From the NCBI GenBank assembly GCA_022605425.2, contig JAKIMF020000007.1, positions 930,001 through 994,000 on the forward strand: DNA of 64,000 nt, given 5' to 3'. The stretch comes from Hamiltosporidium tvaerminnensis FI-OER-3-3 (taxonomy: Eukaryota > Fungi > Microsporidia). Positions 1 to 11,740 of the stretch are shown piece after piece (position 1 is the first letter of the stretch; every line of letters begins with the position of its first letter). Under the pieces are notes generated by a model. That model searched no databases, was not told the DNA's origin, and saw only the letters and a list, made by a program, of their open reading frames with translations. Made by a program: the position numbers and the translations under genes.

Positions 1-61
1 TTTTGGTTCATGGAATTACTCACCTTAAAAATTTTCTATTTTTTCTATAACAAATAAATAT

Positions 62-345
62 TTTATAAAGAAGATAATCTTTATTAAATATAAAATATTA
101 TAGAATTTCTTTTCCTTAAGTATTTTGAATATTATATAAAGAAGATATTCTTTATATAACAATCACACAGTATTAAAGAATTTCCTTTTCAATTTTATTT
201 TGAATATTGTATAAAGAAGATATTCTTTATTAAATATAAAATATTATAGAATTTCTTTTCCTTAAGTATTTTGAATATTTTTTTCGTAAAAGATATTCTT
301 TATATAATCAATCACATAGTATTAAGGAATTTCTTTTTGAATGTT
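62..345. repeat. Degenerate tandem repeat, ~72-bp subunits (~146-bp higher-order unit)
   Basis: TATAAAGAAGATA(A/T)TCTTT recurs at ~64, ~135, ~210 and ~287. The 64 and 210 copies are nearly identical over ~70 bp. Confidence 0.75.
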
Positions 346-443
346 AAATAAGTTTTTCTTATAAATCAATTCTTAATTATATTTTGATATTAAATATATC
401 TTCTTATATCTTCACATACAAAATTTTAAGTAACCCTACTACA

Positions 444-1637
444 ATGAGAAACATTATATGTGTTTTAGGAAGTGGTGGTCATACATATGAAATGTTACTT
501 ATTCTTAAAAAGTCATGGAATAAGATAAATAAATGTTGTTTTATATTAGGAAGAGATGATTGGATATCTTTAGAAAATATAAAAGATATGCAATGTAGAG
601 AAGGTATTAAGATATTACAATGTTATAGACCTACAGTTGTTAAAGAAAAAAAGATTGATTTTGTTTTTATAACTGTATTGGTTTGTATTTTGAGTATATC
701 TGTTTCTATCTTTGTTTTTCTATTTCTTTATATCTTTAATAAGTATAAACAATATACTTTGGTTGAAGAATATATTTTTGAAAATATCAATAATTCTATT
801 TATTGTTCTGTGTTTTATCTTCTGAGAGATTTTATATTCGTGAATATTATTAATATTTTTACTTCCATTTTGTCTGTATCTGTTAAAGTGTTTTATCTTC
901 TGAGAAATATAATATCTGATATTATTAATATTTTTACTTCCATTTTGTCTGTATATGTTAAAGTGTTTTATCTTCTGAGAAATATAATATCTGATATTAT
1001 TAATATTTTTACTTCCATTTTGTCTGTATATGTTAAAGTGTTTTATCTTCTGAGAAATATAATATCTGATATTTATAGAAGTATAGTTGCTAACAATAGT
1101 TTATATTATTCTATGTTTATATCATGTTTTGTTATTTTATTATCAATTTTTCTCTTTACACATTTACTTGGTATAAATTTTCAATTAAATGTAAAATATT
1201 TGATACGAAAATTTATATCTGTTCTAATAGTTCCAATATCCTGTATATTACACATATACACTTATTTAATATCAAATATACTTCTACCACTCATATTATA
1301 TCAAATTTACTTTATAAAGAAATTATTATATTGGTTTCTATATTTAGTAAGATTATTAATTTCAATATTAGATTGTATAATATTATCTTTTAAAGTTGAA
1401 AATGAATATGAATGGATTATATGTAATGGACCAGGTCTATGTTGTATTGTAGGTATTTTTTTTAAGTATACACGAGGTACCAAGATATGTTATGTAGAAA
1501 GTATTACTAGAAGTGAGAGACTTAGTTTAAGTGGACAAATTATGGAATATATTTGTGATGAATTTTATGTTCAGAGTGATAAGTTATTGAAGAATAAGAG
1601 AATCTACAAAAATTTTATGTTTAATGAGGATAGATAA
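444..1637 (+). CDS. ALG14: ALG14-like UDP-GlcNAc transferase subunit with a ~250-aa hydrophobic insertion
   Basis: N-terminal VLGSGGHTYEM and C-terminal ICNGPGLC...YVESITR...LSLSG..DEFYVQ match Alg14 motifs. ATG at 444 follows TAACCCTACTACA (CCC motif); the ORF track's TTG start at 384 is unlikely. Confidence 0.85.
   Translation: MRNIICVLGSGGHTYEMLLILKKSWNKINKCCFILGRDDWISLENIKDMQCREGIKILQCYRPTVVKEKKIDFVFITVLVCILSISVSIFVFLFLYIFNKYKQYTLVEEYIFENINNSIYCSVFYLLRDFIFVNIINIFTSILSVSVKVFYLLRNIISDIINIFTSILSVYVKVFYLLRNIISDIINIFTSILSVYVKVFYLLRNIISDIYRSIVANNSLYYSMFISCFVILLSIFLFTHLLGINFQLNVKYLIRKFISVLIVPISCILHIYTYLISNILLPLILYQIYFIKKLLYWFLYLVRLLISILDCIILSFKVENEYEWIICNGPGLCCIVGIFFKYTRGTKICYVESITRSERLSLSGQIMEYICDEFYVQSDKLLKNKRIYKNFMFNEDR
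845..1073 (+). repeat. 75-bp in-frame coding tandem repeat x3 (DIINIFTSILSVYVKVFYLLRNIIS)
   Basis: Three near-identical 25-codon units, visible in both DNA and protein. Confidence 0.9.
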
Positions 1638-1687
1638 TGAAATAAGAGCGTATTTTCATAGAAGGTAAAAATATGGATTCAATATTT

Positions 1688-1870
1688 AATAAATGTAATA
1701 ATGAATGAAATAATGAATTGTATAATGAATCATATATAAATGTAATAATGAATGTAATAATAAATGAAATAATAAATGAAATAATGAATGAAATAATGAA
1801 TGTAATAATAAATGTAATAATGAATTATATATAAATGTAATAATGAATGTAGTATTATATAATAATGAAT
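1688..1870. repeat. Low-complexity 12-bp minisatellite (AATAATGAATGT-like)
   Basis: Repeated AATAA(T/A)TGAA(T/A)(GT) units. Confidence 0.8.
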
Positions 1871-2230
1871 ATATTGATTTTTGCAGCAAATAGATTAATT
1901 TTTAGAATAAATATAAGAAGCAAATTTTATTATAAAATATTTTAGAGATTATAAATGATCTATGTATTAATCCAATCTATTTTATATAAATTTTATTTTA
2001 TAACTACTTTTTAATTGTTAGAATATTTTTAAAATTAAATATTTATTTATCTTCCTAGAATTTTTGTTATAAATAGTGTTGTATACTTAGAAATACAGGT
2101 ATTTAAATTTTATTGTTTTTTTATTACAATTGATTTAATGAAATAAACAAATATTATTTAAATTCAAAAAATTGAATTTTATATTTTATAAATTGTTTAT
2201 ATGATAATTTACTAACGTATATCTTTAGAA

Positions 2231-2546
2231 TTATCTTTAAATATTTTTCTTAGTAAATATTAAATTTAGAAAATAGAAAAGTACAATCTTATAAAATATT
2301 TAAAACACAAAAAAAGGTTTGTAATTTTCTTATCTTTAAATATTTTCTTTAGTAAATATTAAATTTAGAAAATAGAAAAGTACAATCTTATAAAATATTT
2401 AAAACACAAAAAAAGGTTTGTAATTTTCTTATCTTTAAATATTTTCTTTAGTAAATATTTAATTTAGAAAATAGAAAAGTACAATCTTATAAAATATTTA
2501 AAACACAAAAAAAGGTTTGTAATTTTCTTATCTTTAAATATTTTTT
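2231..2546. repeat. 99-bp tandem repeat x3.2
   Basis: Unit TTATCTTTAAATATTTT...GTACAATCTTATAAAAT...GGTTTGTAATTTTC starts at 2231, 2330, 2429 and 2528. Confidence 0.92.
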
Positions 2547-2549
2547 AAA

Positions 2550-2789
2550 TTATTTCTTACAAATATTTTTTAAAATAGAATTTCTTCCAAATCTTTTTAA
2601 TTCTGAAATTATTTCGTTATCAGTTAAAAAATCTCTTACAATTTCATATTTTATGGGTGCAAATTGTCGTATGTATCGTATTGTGGTTGATTTATCGGTA
2701 TTTACTTCTTTAATAGATCCATTTAAGCATTGTGTATATAATTCTTCTAAATTATTTGCATCTATTATCATTTCAATACTTAATGGCAT
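2550..2789 (-). CDS. Small hypothetical protein (79 aa)
   Basis: ATG preceded by TTTTTCTCCCTCTAA (CCC motif); protein-like composition; divergent from RPC17. Confidence 0.7.
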   Translation of the reverse strand: MPLSIEMIIDANNLEELYTQCLNGSIKEVNTDKSTTIRYIRQFAPIKYEIVRDFLTDNEIISELKRFGRNSILKNICKK

Positions 2790-3193
2790 TTAGAGGGAGA
2801 AAAAGTTTAAGAAATATTTATTTCATGTTTTTAGATCAATAATCAGTAGTTAATATAAGAAAATATATTTGAATTGTATTTATTAAAATTTAAAAGATTT
2901 ATAATTATTTTAATTCCAATGTTTTATAGTTGAAGTAAAACTATTTACTAAATGCTGGTAATACTAAGTTTAAGCGGTAAATCTTTCTATTTTTTATATT
3001 GCTGTTTTAAATAACAAGTGCTAAATAAGAGCACTTCCATATATTTTTGTTTACTAAATGGCATTACAGCTCATTTATGACTAGAAACTGATCTATTATC
3101 TGATTAAATACTTGTCATACAAAATATAAGAACCAAATGTATTATTTTAATAGTTTTTTTATTTAAAAAATACCCATATTTTTCTCATAAAAA

Positions 3194-3523
3194 ATGAAGA
3201 TAATTAAAAGTGTAGTTAAATTTCTTACAAGAAGTGACGTTTATATTTTTTTAAACCAATCTGTACCAACAAAAGATCAAACAACAGAAACACTAAGATA
3301 TAATGTTTTAGAATATTGTTCTGATACTTTGCCAAAGGATAGAATTGAATATATTGTTGAACAACTTAAGAATAAAAATTTGATGGAAATTGAGATATAT
3401 ATGTTGATTGACCAGCCACCTAAATCTTTACTTGATTTACAATTAATTATTGAAGAAATGGAAGAAAGATACAGTGAAGAGGAATTGCATCAAATTTTAA
3501 TGTTATTTAGAATGGATTTATAA
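3194..3523 (+). CDS. RPC17: RNA polymerase III subunit C17 (Rpc17/RPC9, Rpb4/HRDC family)
   Basis: MKII...FLT..DV N-terminus and EIYMLIDQPPKSLLDLQLIIEEMEERYSEEELHQIL C-terminus resemble Rpc17. CCC motif upstream. Confidence 0.75.
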   Translation: MKIIKSVVKFLTRSDVYIFLNQSVPTKDQTTETLRYNVLEYCSDTLPKDRIEYIVEQLKNKNLMEIEIYMLIDQPPKSLLDLQLIIEEMEERYSEEELHQILMLFRMDL

Positions 3524-3960
3524 AATGGCTTGTTGATAATACTATTTCTTTTAAATATTTCTGTTTTTATAATATCGATTAAGAATTCAAATATCAAAAG
3601 CTATAATAAATGTAAAAATACTTTTTTACGATTTTTTTTAAATATAAAAATTACAAAATAAAAAAGTTCGAACAGTAGCTTAATTAACGTTTTTTTATAT
3701 ATTTACTGATTTTATATTTTATAATTTAAATTTTTATTTAATACTTGGTTGTTCATATCTTGTTTTTATTCAAATATTAAATTTCAATTCTGTTATTTTG
3801 ATTTTTTTCTTAATTTGCGACTTTTTTTGAATTTTTTGTAAATATTCTAATCAGTCTTTCATATTCGAAGTTAAAATTTTAGTGTTGATTTATGTTGTTA
3901 GAATATTATTTTAGAAAATAATGAAGTTAAATTGCTAATAGATTTTATTAAAAAGTAAAT

Positions 3961-6132
3961 TTAATTGAAGTTTTTAAAGTATTCATCATATTTTCTAATA
4001 GAAGATGTGGGTGTAATTAAAATAGGTTCTTCGATAAAATACGAGTCGAAGTTATCGGTTAAATTACTTTTTGGTATGAATTCTGGTTTAATTGTTCTGT
4101 TATAGACATCTTCCCAATTAACATTTTCAAAGAATGGGTGAGATTTTATTTCATTTGCATCATTTTCACCAGATCCCAATCTCTTTTTTGGATCTTTTTG
4201 TAACAATTTCAATATCAAGTCCTTAGCAACACTAGGAATATCTGAATTAAATTCTACTTCTTTTTCTAAGATGGCAGCACACATTTCACCATTTGTTGCA
4301 CCATTAAATGGTGGTTCGGTTTCAAACATTTCATATATCACTACACCATATGACCACCAATCAACATCTTTGGTATAACCACCTTCTAATATTATTTCGG
4401 GTGCAATCGTATCTGGTGTACCACAATATGTATGCGTAATAGTCATTGGACCGATGTTATCTTTGCATAATCCGAAATCTGCAATTTTCGCATGTCCATC
4501 TTCACAAAGTAATACATTATCTAACTTCATGTCCCGGTAAATGACATTCTTACTGTGCAAATATTCCAAACCTAATAATATTTCACAGGCATATAACTTA
4601 ATTTGTTGATAAGAAAATTTGCCTTTAGAGACCAGATGAAATAAATCACCGCCCGCTAAAAATTCAGTACCAAAATATATATTTTTACTATCTTGAAAAC
4701 AATATTCCATTTTCATGAGAAACGGGTGAGGTGGTAACGAAACCAACTTAAGAATTTTTCTTTCTAATTCCAAATAAACCAAATCATTAGCGTTCACGAT
4801 ACTTTCTTTTTTAAGTATTTTTAACGCAATGATTGAACTTTCTGGTTTATACTTTGCTAACATAACTTTTCCAAAACTTCCTCTTCCTAAAACTTTAATC
4901 AGTAAAAAATCTGATATTTCTATTTTAGAATCTTTTTCTTGTACCTCGGAAACAGGTGGTTTAAAATCGGCCATTTTTATTCGAAGATCATATTCCATAC
5001 CACATGACTTAAATACAAACGAAGAACAGGATTCATGAAAATGTTGGTTGCATTTTGTACATTTAAATGCTGACTCACTCGATGATATTCTATTTCCACA
5101 ATGGTTGCACCAGTTAAGTCCTAATTGTGACTGTTTTTGAAGAACGTGTGGAATATCATATCGTATTGTGTGTTTTTCTGTTTCTATACTTTTTGCGCAA
5201 GGACATTTGAATAAAATATAATTCGCACATTTTTTATGACAAGTAAACTTGCATTTGTAACATCTATACGATTCGAAAAAAAGTGAAGCTATATTGTTAC
5301 ATACGCAACAATAAAAAGGTGCTATATTATAATAATTTTCTAACGCATGTCCATCCTTATAAACGCATACTATCTCTGCATTTTTTCTAATTAGTTTTGT
5401 TTCTCTTTCAAAAGATAATTTTACTTTCAATTCAGCATCTTCTTCAAACTTAAATGTTACATCCTCATCCTTTCCGTGGATTACAAGACGTTCGCATGCA
5501 AAAAATACCATTCCCAAGAAAACGTTATCTTTACCAACCAAAACGATTTCAAATTCGATATTGTTTTCTAGGTTTATTATTATTTCATCATTCGAATTTA
5601 TATTAGCACTGGCTTTTAATTCGTTATCGATATAAAAATCTAACATTTTTGCTTCATATAATGGATCACATTCTATACTAACAGGCTTTATCTTTACATT
5701 TCCAGTTGTTTTACTGAATTTCTGTCTTTGTTCATCTATATCTGGCGCTTTATCTAAATGCTTTTTGAGAAAAAAGATTTTTTTCTCCGATGTTTGTATC
5801 TTAGCTGTTAAATCTTCAACAAGACTTCCATCTACCGAAATAAGTTTCTCAAATGCCCTTACTATATTTTTTTCTTTGTTAATTTTAGCCTCAATATTCT
5901 TTCTATCACACGATGCATATATATTCTTGTCTTTTTCTTCACTTAAACCTTTCTTTTTCTCTTCTATTCTTCGTTCTAGATTTTTTATCTTGTATAATGC
6001 ACTTTCCTTTTGTAAACCTGATAGTTTTGAAGATAAAGATTTCAACGCTTCCAGCATTTTCTCATCAGGCGTGTTTGACATGATTCCACAGAGAATCTGC
6101 ATATTTATAACTATCATGAGACATTGTATCAC
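3961..6132 (-). CDS. PKC1: Fungal-type protein kinase C
   Basis: HR1-like coiled coil, two C1 zinc fingers (H..C..C..C..C..H..C), AGC kinase domain with LGRGSFGKV, YRDMKLDN, ADFGLCK, TYCGTPD and AGC tail (NFD..F..E). True start may be ATG 6081 (MSNTPDEK). Confidence 0.92.
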   Translation of the reverse strand: MIQCLMIVINMQILCGIMSNTPDEKMLEALKSLSSKLSGLQKESALYKIKNLERRIEEKKKGLSEEKDKNIYASCDRKNIEAKINKEKNIVRAFEKLISVDGSLVEDLTAKIQTSEKKIFFLKKHLDKAPDIDEQRQKFSKTTGNVKIKPVSIECDPLYEAKMLDFYIDNELKASANINSNDEIIINLENNIEFEIVLVGKDNVFLGMVFFACERLVIHGKDEDVTFKFEEDAELKVKLSFERETKLIRKNAEIVCVYKDGHALENYYNIAPFYCCVCNNIASLFFESYRCYKCKFTCHKKCANYILFKCPCAKSIETEKHTIRYDIPHVLQKQSQLGLNWCNHCGNRISSSESAFKCTKCNQHFHESCSSFVFKSCGMEYDLRIKMADFKPPVSEVQEKDSKIEISDFLLIKVLGRGSFGKVMLAKYKPESSIIALKILKKESIVNANDLVYLELERKILKLVSLPPHPFLMKMEYCFQDSKNIYFGTEFLAGGDLFHLVSKGKFSYQQIKLYACEILLGLEYLHSKNVIYRDMKLDNVLLCEDGHAKIADFGLCKDNIGPMTITHTYCGTPDTIAPEIILEGGYTKDVDWWSYGVVIYEMFETEPPFNGATNGEMCAAILEKEVEFNSDIPSVAKDLILKLLQKDPKKRLGSGENDANEIKSHPFFENVNWEDVYNRTIKPEFIPKSNLTDNFDSYFIEEPILITPTSSIRKYDEYFKNFN

Positions 6133-6750
6133 TAATGTTTCAAAATATTAGTAAAACCGAAAAGTGAAACATTTTGTGGTTTCGAATTATCTTAATTAGT
6201 ATTTGATATTTTATTTCAACATCCAATTTTTTTTACTTTAAATCTATAAATTTTGCTCCTACTTTTCTAATTTAAGAAAACCTTTTAAAAAATATAAAAT
6301 CATATTGTCATAAATTTGATTCCTTGTCACCTATATTATAAATCATAGATCACTATTGTTCAATTTTGGTTTTTGTAATGATATTCCAATAAAAAACGAC
6401 TGAATTTTGAATTTATTACAAAAATACTAATATTCGATTTAAAACCGACACATTGTTTCTAGAAATATTTATTATTTATAAAGATTTTTTTTTGTTTTGA
6501 GAAGTAAATAGTTTTTTTTTAAATATAATCGTTATTACTGCATATAAGGCTCAAATTTTTATTTAAAATATAGACAAATTAATTTAATTAAATTATCATT
6601 TATTTATATTTAAAAAAGGAAATTTCATAAAAAAAGTTTCTTTCTAGAATGAAAATTTAGGTTAGAAAATTGTTTTAAGAAGTAAAAAAGCATCTTTAAG
6701 AGAAATAAGACAATCGTCTCTGCAGATATAATAATTACAATAAAAATGCT

Positions 6751-7323
6751 TTATTTTCGTTTTAAATATTTCTCTTCTAAATTTTCTAAAAACGCCTTTC
6801 TTTCCTGATTTTTTCTATTAAAATAACTTTCAAGAGATTCATTCAAATCAATATTTTGTTCTTTGGCCCAATTTTCTGCTTCTTTAGCTTCTTTCTCTTT
6901 TTTCTTCATTCTTCGTTTATTGCTCGTTATTTTTTTACAATATTTTTTATATTTAACAATATCTTTATTACTAATCAGTTCATCGATGATTATTCTTACT
7001 CTCGTTTCATCTGTATCTTCACCAAGAATCATATTATCAATAATCTTACACATATCACCTTTATACTTCATATATAAATACTTAATTTCTTCTTTTTCTT
7101 CTGGTCCGTTTTTATACGAATTAATTATATTTTCTACATTTATTGTTTCACTTTCCACTGTATCCTTCGAAAGATACTCAAAAGCTTCCCGTATTTCCAA
7201 ATATTTATTTTCGTCACCATTTGGTCTATCTGGATGATATTTCAATACCAGTTTTTTATACGCCTTTTTTATTACAGTTATATCACTGCCCTTTTCAATT
7301 CTTAAAACTTTATATGGATCCAT
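6751..7323 (-). CDS. DnaJ-domain protein (DNAJC9-like)
   Basis: DPYKVL...IKKAYKKLVLKYHPD J-domain, then YKNGPEEKEEIK..Y..YKGDM and LEEKY as in DNAJC9. ATG 7323 preceded by GCCCTTT. Confidence 0.85.
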   Translation of the reverse strand: MDPYKVLRIEKGSDITVIKKAYKKLVLKYHPDRPNGDENKYLEIREAFEYLSKDTVESETINVENIINSYKNGPEEKEEIKYLYMKYKGDMCKIIDNMILGEDTDETRVRIIIDELISNKDIVKYKKYCKKITSNKRRMKKKEKEAKEAENWAKEQNIDLNESLESYFNRKNQERKAFLENLEEKYLKRK

Positions 7324-10300
7324 AAAGGGCTTCACTCTACTTACAAAATATCGTTTATAATACCAAGTATTTCTTAAAAATTTTATTTACATTCTCCATA
7401 TTTAGAATAGAGATGTAGGAATCGGTTCATTTTATAAATACTTTTTAAAACAATCTAAACATAAAATATGTGTAGATATAAAAAAGACCACTTTAGATAA
7501 AGTAAAATACTCTACATCTGACATACACACATCGTAACCATTAAACGCAATTTGAAACTATAGTGTCTTAAAAATACAAAAATATGATTTTACCTCATGA
7601 AAAAACAAGTTAAATAGAAATCAAAAAAGATTGTAAAATTTTACTTTTCATTTCTTAAAAAGTATTAAAAAAATATTTTATATTATTTTAATTACATGTT
7701 TAAAATAAATTTTTACACACCAATTTTATTTATTTTTCTTATTTTTGGTTGCTTTATTTTACCTCTTTTAGTGTTTTATGTACTTTTAGTTTGATATGTG
7801 AATTTTTTTTATATTTTTAGTCAATGCATGATTTCGGTCATCTTATCCACAGTTTTAGCTTCGATAAATTTCAGTTTTTGCCAAATATATTCATATTCGT
7901 TGGTCTGTATAGTAATATAGTTACATTCTTTTGGTGTATTTGCACTCTATGTATTAAATATCAGCTACCCTTTGGGTATTATTGGCATTGGTGCAATGAA
8001 TATCTTCTTCGATCAAAATAAATGGGTTTTACGGTTTTTTCTAGCACTATCTGTTGAGTCTATTTTCCTATTCTATAAATATTAGAGCTTCTTATGGTGC
8101 TTTTTATGAAATTTAGTTATAATAAGATTCCAAGTTTATCACGTAAGAGTTTATTTTACTAAAACTCTAAATATATATTGGATAATAAGCTAGATGAATA
8201 AATATACAAAATAATGTTTTAAATTGTTTTTAAAATAAAATATATTTCAGTCTTTTACCAAAGAAGAAGAATTATATTGAAAATAATCGATGTTCTGATT
8301 AAAATATTATTTGAAACCGATTTTTATACCCTGTTTGTTTATTAATAACACCAAATCGTATTTCGTCTAGTAAAATATTAGTTAATCTATGTATATTACA
8401 GAAATTATTTTTACAATTAAGCACATTATGACATTATTTATATTATTCATTAATGTCCCGACGACGACGACTCACCTCGAAATGTTTAATTGATTAAAAG
8501 AATATAAGATACCAATATGCGTGCTCTAATTAAAATATGTCGCTTTCTATTTGTTCATAAATCTTATACAACCAATAATAGTGAGTAGAAGTGAACATAA
8601 CACAATTAAAAAGATTCTATTAGATCAAAAAAATATTCGAAATATACATTGTTAAAATCGTTGCCAGACTTTAGTACATATTAAGAATCACATGATAATT
8701 TGTTTTTTTAATTTTTCATAAATTTCCATTTTTGAAAAAAAATTTAAATTGATTTGTTCTGATTTCTTTTCTAAGAATTTAAAGTTGCATAAAAAATTTT
8801 ATGATACAAATGATGTTTTTTTGCCATTCTTCCGTGCAATATATTTATATTCTCAATAATAATTGCATAACACAAATATTGCTTGAATAGCTTCATGGAA
8901 CCTTGTACTTGATTGAATTAAAAGATTTTAATAAAAATGACTAAGAATTTATACAATAAATAAATTAACTGATACAACATATAGTTAAAAGATCAGTGTT
9001 TTCAGACAAAGAAAATTCTTCGTCTGAATAAATTTCTACGAGCAAAAAGACAGAATAGAATAAAAATAGGTGGAAAGTGAACAGGCTAAACACAAAAGAC
9101 GAGCTGAAATTTCGAAAAATGGAAGTAAATATAAAAAAAAAGAGAAATAGGCAGGTAAATGAAGCTTGATTTTTGTTTGGTAAATTGTCAAAGGGGTAAT
9201 AATTTGCAAATGAAAGACAAAAAAATGTTATAGAAAAAGAGCAGGTGAGACTGAGAAATGGTTTTTGAAAATTTCAAGAAATATAGCTTGGATAATAGGG
9301 TTTAGGATTATTTTCGTCATTTTTTTCTTATGAATGTAAAAGAATGTTCGTTTCTACGAGCTTAACGTTTAGTCTTAAATATTTAGATATAATGATTCAA
9401 AAGACCCAAAATTATGGTTTTTAACTTTGTGAATTATTCTAAATAAAAAAAAATTATATTCTAAAGGTTTAAATAAAATTCAGATAATTTCAACCTAATC
9501 CATGGAGGTGATAATATTTTTATCAAATGAATGCTATGAAATAACAGAAATATTTATTATATGATCTGACAAATTAAAAGATTTTTCTTTAGTAGAACCT
9601 CGGTATCTCTAATATTCCAATTAGTTTTATATAATATTTAGGCAAATATTCAAAACAGAGATTTTTTTATGAATAAAATACTTTTATTGAATTTAATATA
9701 ATTGTGAAATATATTCTAAAAATATTATATAAATTCTTTTTTGATGAAAATAGTATAATTTTTAAGCGCTTGAGATAAATTTTAACAAAAATTATAAATG
9801 ATACATTATAGGTATAAAAATCATATATATTAATAAAAAGAATTTTATTTTTTAAAAATATAGTCTATTATAATTATTAGGATCCGCCAGAAAAGTATAT
9901 TGGTATAGGTTTTCCCTGAAATCTTCACTATATTCTCATATTTTTTTAAATCTGAGAAAAATATTCTTAAGATGAAATATAATTTAATTTTTTGTATTTT
10001 TCCTGCGAAAAACCAATGAAAGTATTTAATATATTTTTAGCTACACCTAAATTTTTGGTAATTACAAGTTTAATTATGATTCTTTTTGTATTCCATTATA
10101 ATTGAAAGAAATAATTACCTAAATAGCTATCTAGACAAATACATATTGGAATATAATTTGTGTATCACAATCCTAACATATTTTGTAAATATAAAATTAT
10201 TCAGCTTTCTTTATATTTAGAATAAAAATAAGGTTAATTCGCAAGACTTTATCTGAGTATAGTGACTAATATTAATTTTTTTACAATAGAAATAATTATT

Positions 10301-11740
10301 GGTCTACAATAATAGGTACTAGTATAAATTCAAGCCAACAATATTGATTAAACTTAAACATGATGTTTCACTACTACATATAATCTATTAAATATCCTGT
10401 TTATTTCGGCAAATAAATTTATTTTAAGGCTTTTCTGTCGATGTTCTATAGAATTAAGAAATATTCAAACACAATGATTATTAAAAAACTATAATCCTAC
10501 AAGAAATTTACAATATTGTTTAATTTCTGTTTCTTAAACAAGCTTTGTATTAAAAATAGATGTTTAATAGATAAAATATAGGTCTAAGCCTCATTTTCGA
10601 CTATTAAGTTACTTTGGAATAAAAAACGAGCAAGCTTTTTAAGAATAATTTGCAACCTCGTCCGTAAGAAAGATATTTTAAACAATTTTTATGTATTAGT
10701 ATCGATTGGAAATAATATAGAGCAATAGTCTGCAAAATTTAGAGCTCGTTAGCTTTATAAACTTCTATGAAAAGTCTCAAGTGGCAATAAATCAGTAGCT
10801 TCTGTTGCCAGCATACGGAACAAGTATTTAGAAAATGTATTTTATTTATATTTTTTATGAAAAAAAAAGTTTTATAACGCTGTGCTAAAATAGAAAAATG
10901 TGTTTTTTGAATATTTTTTTAAAAAATTATTCAAAATAATTACTGGAATTTTATAAGAGTTTTCCAGCCACGCAATCCAATAACTCACATAACTCTGCTG
11001 AAACGTATATTTTCAATTTTAGCACTCCCTATTTGACTGAAAAAATATTCTTAAATGAAATATGCAAAAAACATTCACAGATCTTTATTAACAGTTGAGC
11101 CCTTTAAGTCCTTATTAATAATTTTTACTAATAAATTTAACTACCTTCGGGAAATTATTTTTAAAAAATTTTAACCCTATCAACCTCAGTAATAATATAT
11201 TATGTAAATATTTTCAATTAATCCATTTTCGAATTATTAAGATAAAATAACAATAATCATGATTGGTGGTTAAAAATAATTGATGGCTTAATTAAATTTC
11301 TTTTATATTTAATTCAAAATACAAATACTGTATAGTTGTAGTATTCTTTGTATAATTTATTATCATTCGTTATCGCATTAGAAAATAATTGGCACCATAT
11401 AAAACCATGTCGCGTTATACTAATGTGCCTGTGAGCCGTGGTTTGGAGATGTCCTGATATAGATGATCAAATAATAAAAGCAATTATGTTTTATAATTTA
11501 ATTTTCAAAGAAAAAATATTCTCTAAATTTTTGAATATTTATAGTTTTTAATAAGGAAATGTCTTTAAAGAGTTTATTCTTCTTTTTTTTTTAAGAAACA
11601 TCTAACTAGAATTTTTTTGCTTCTTTTAGAATCTAATTGTAACTGAAAATAACAATAAGAAAAAATCTTAACTTTAGTCTACAATGGAACAGAAAAAATA
11701 ATAAATAGAAATTACTTTACTTTTAACTTTTGAGGATGGA

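Noticed and set aside
1686-1889. His/Leu-rich 67-aa ORF
   Set aside because: Translation of a minisatellite.
2231-2546. CRISPR-like array
   Set aside because: Head-to-tail repeats without unique spacers, eukaryotic context, no cas genes. The same applies to 48481-48606.
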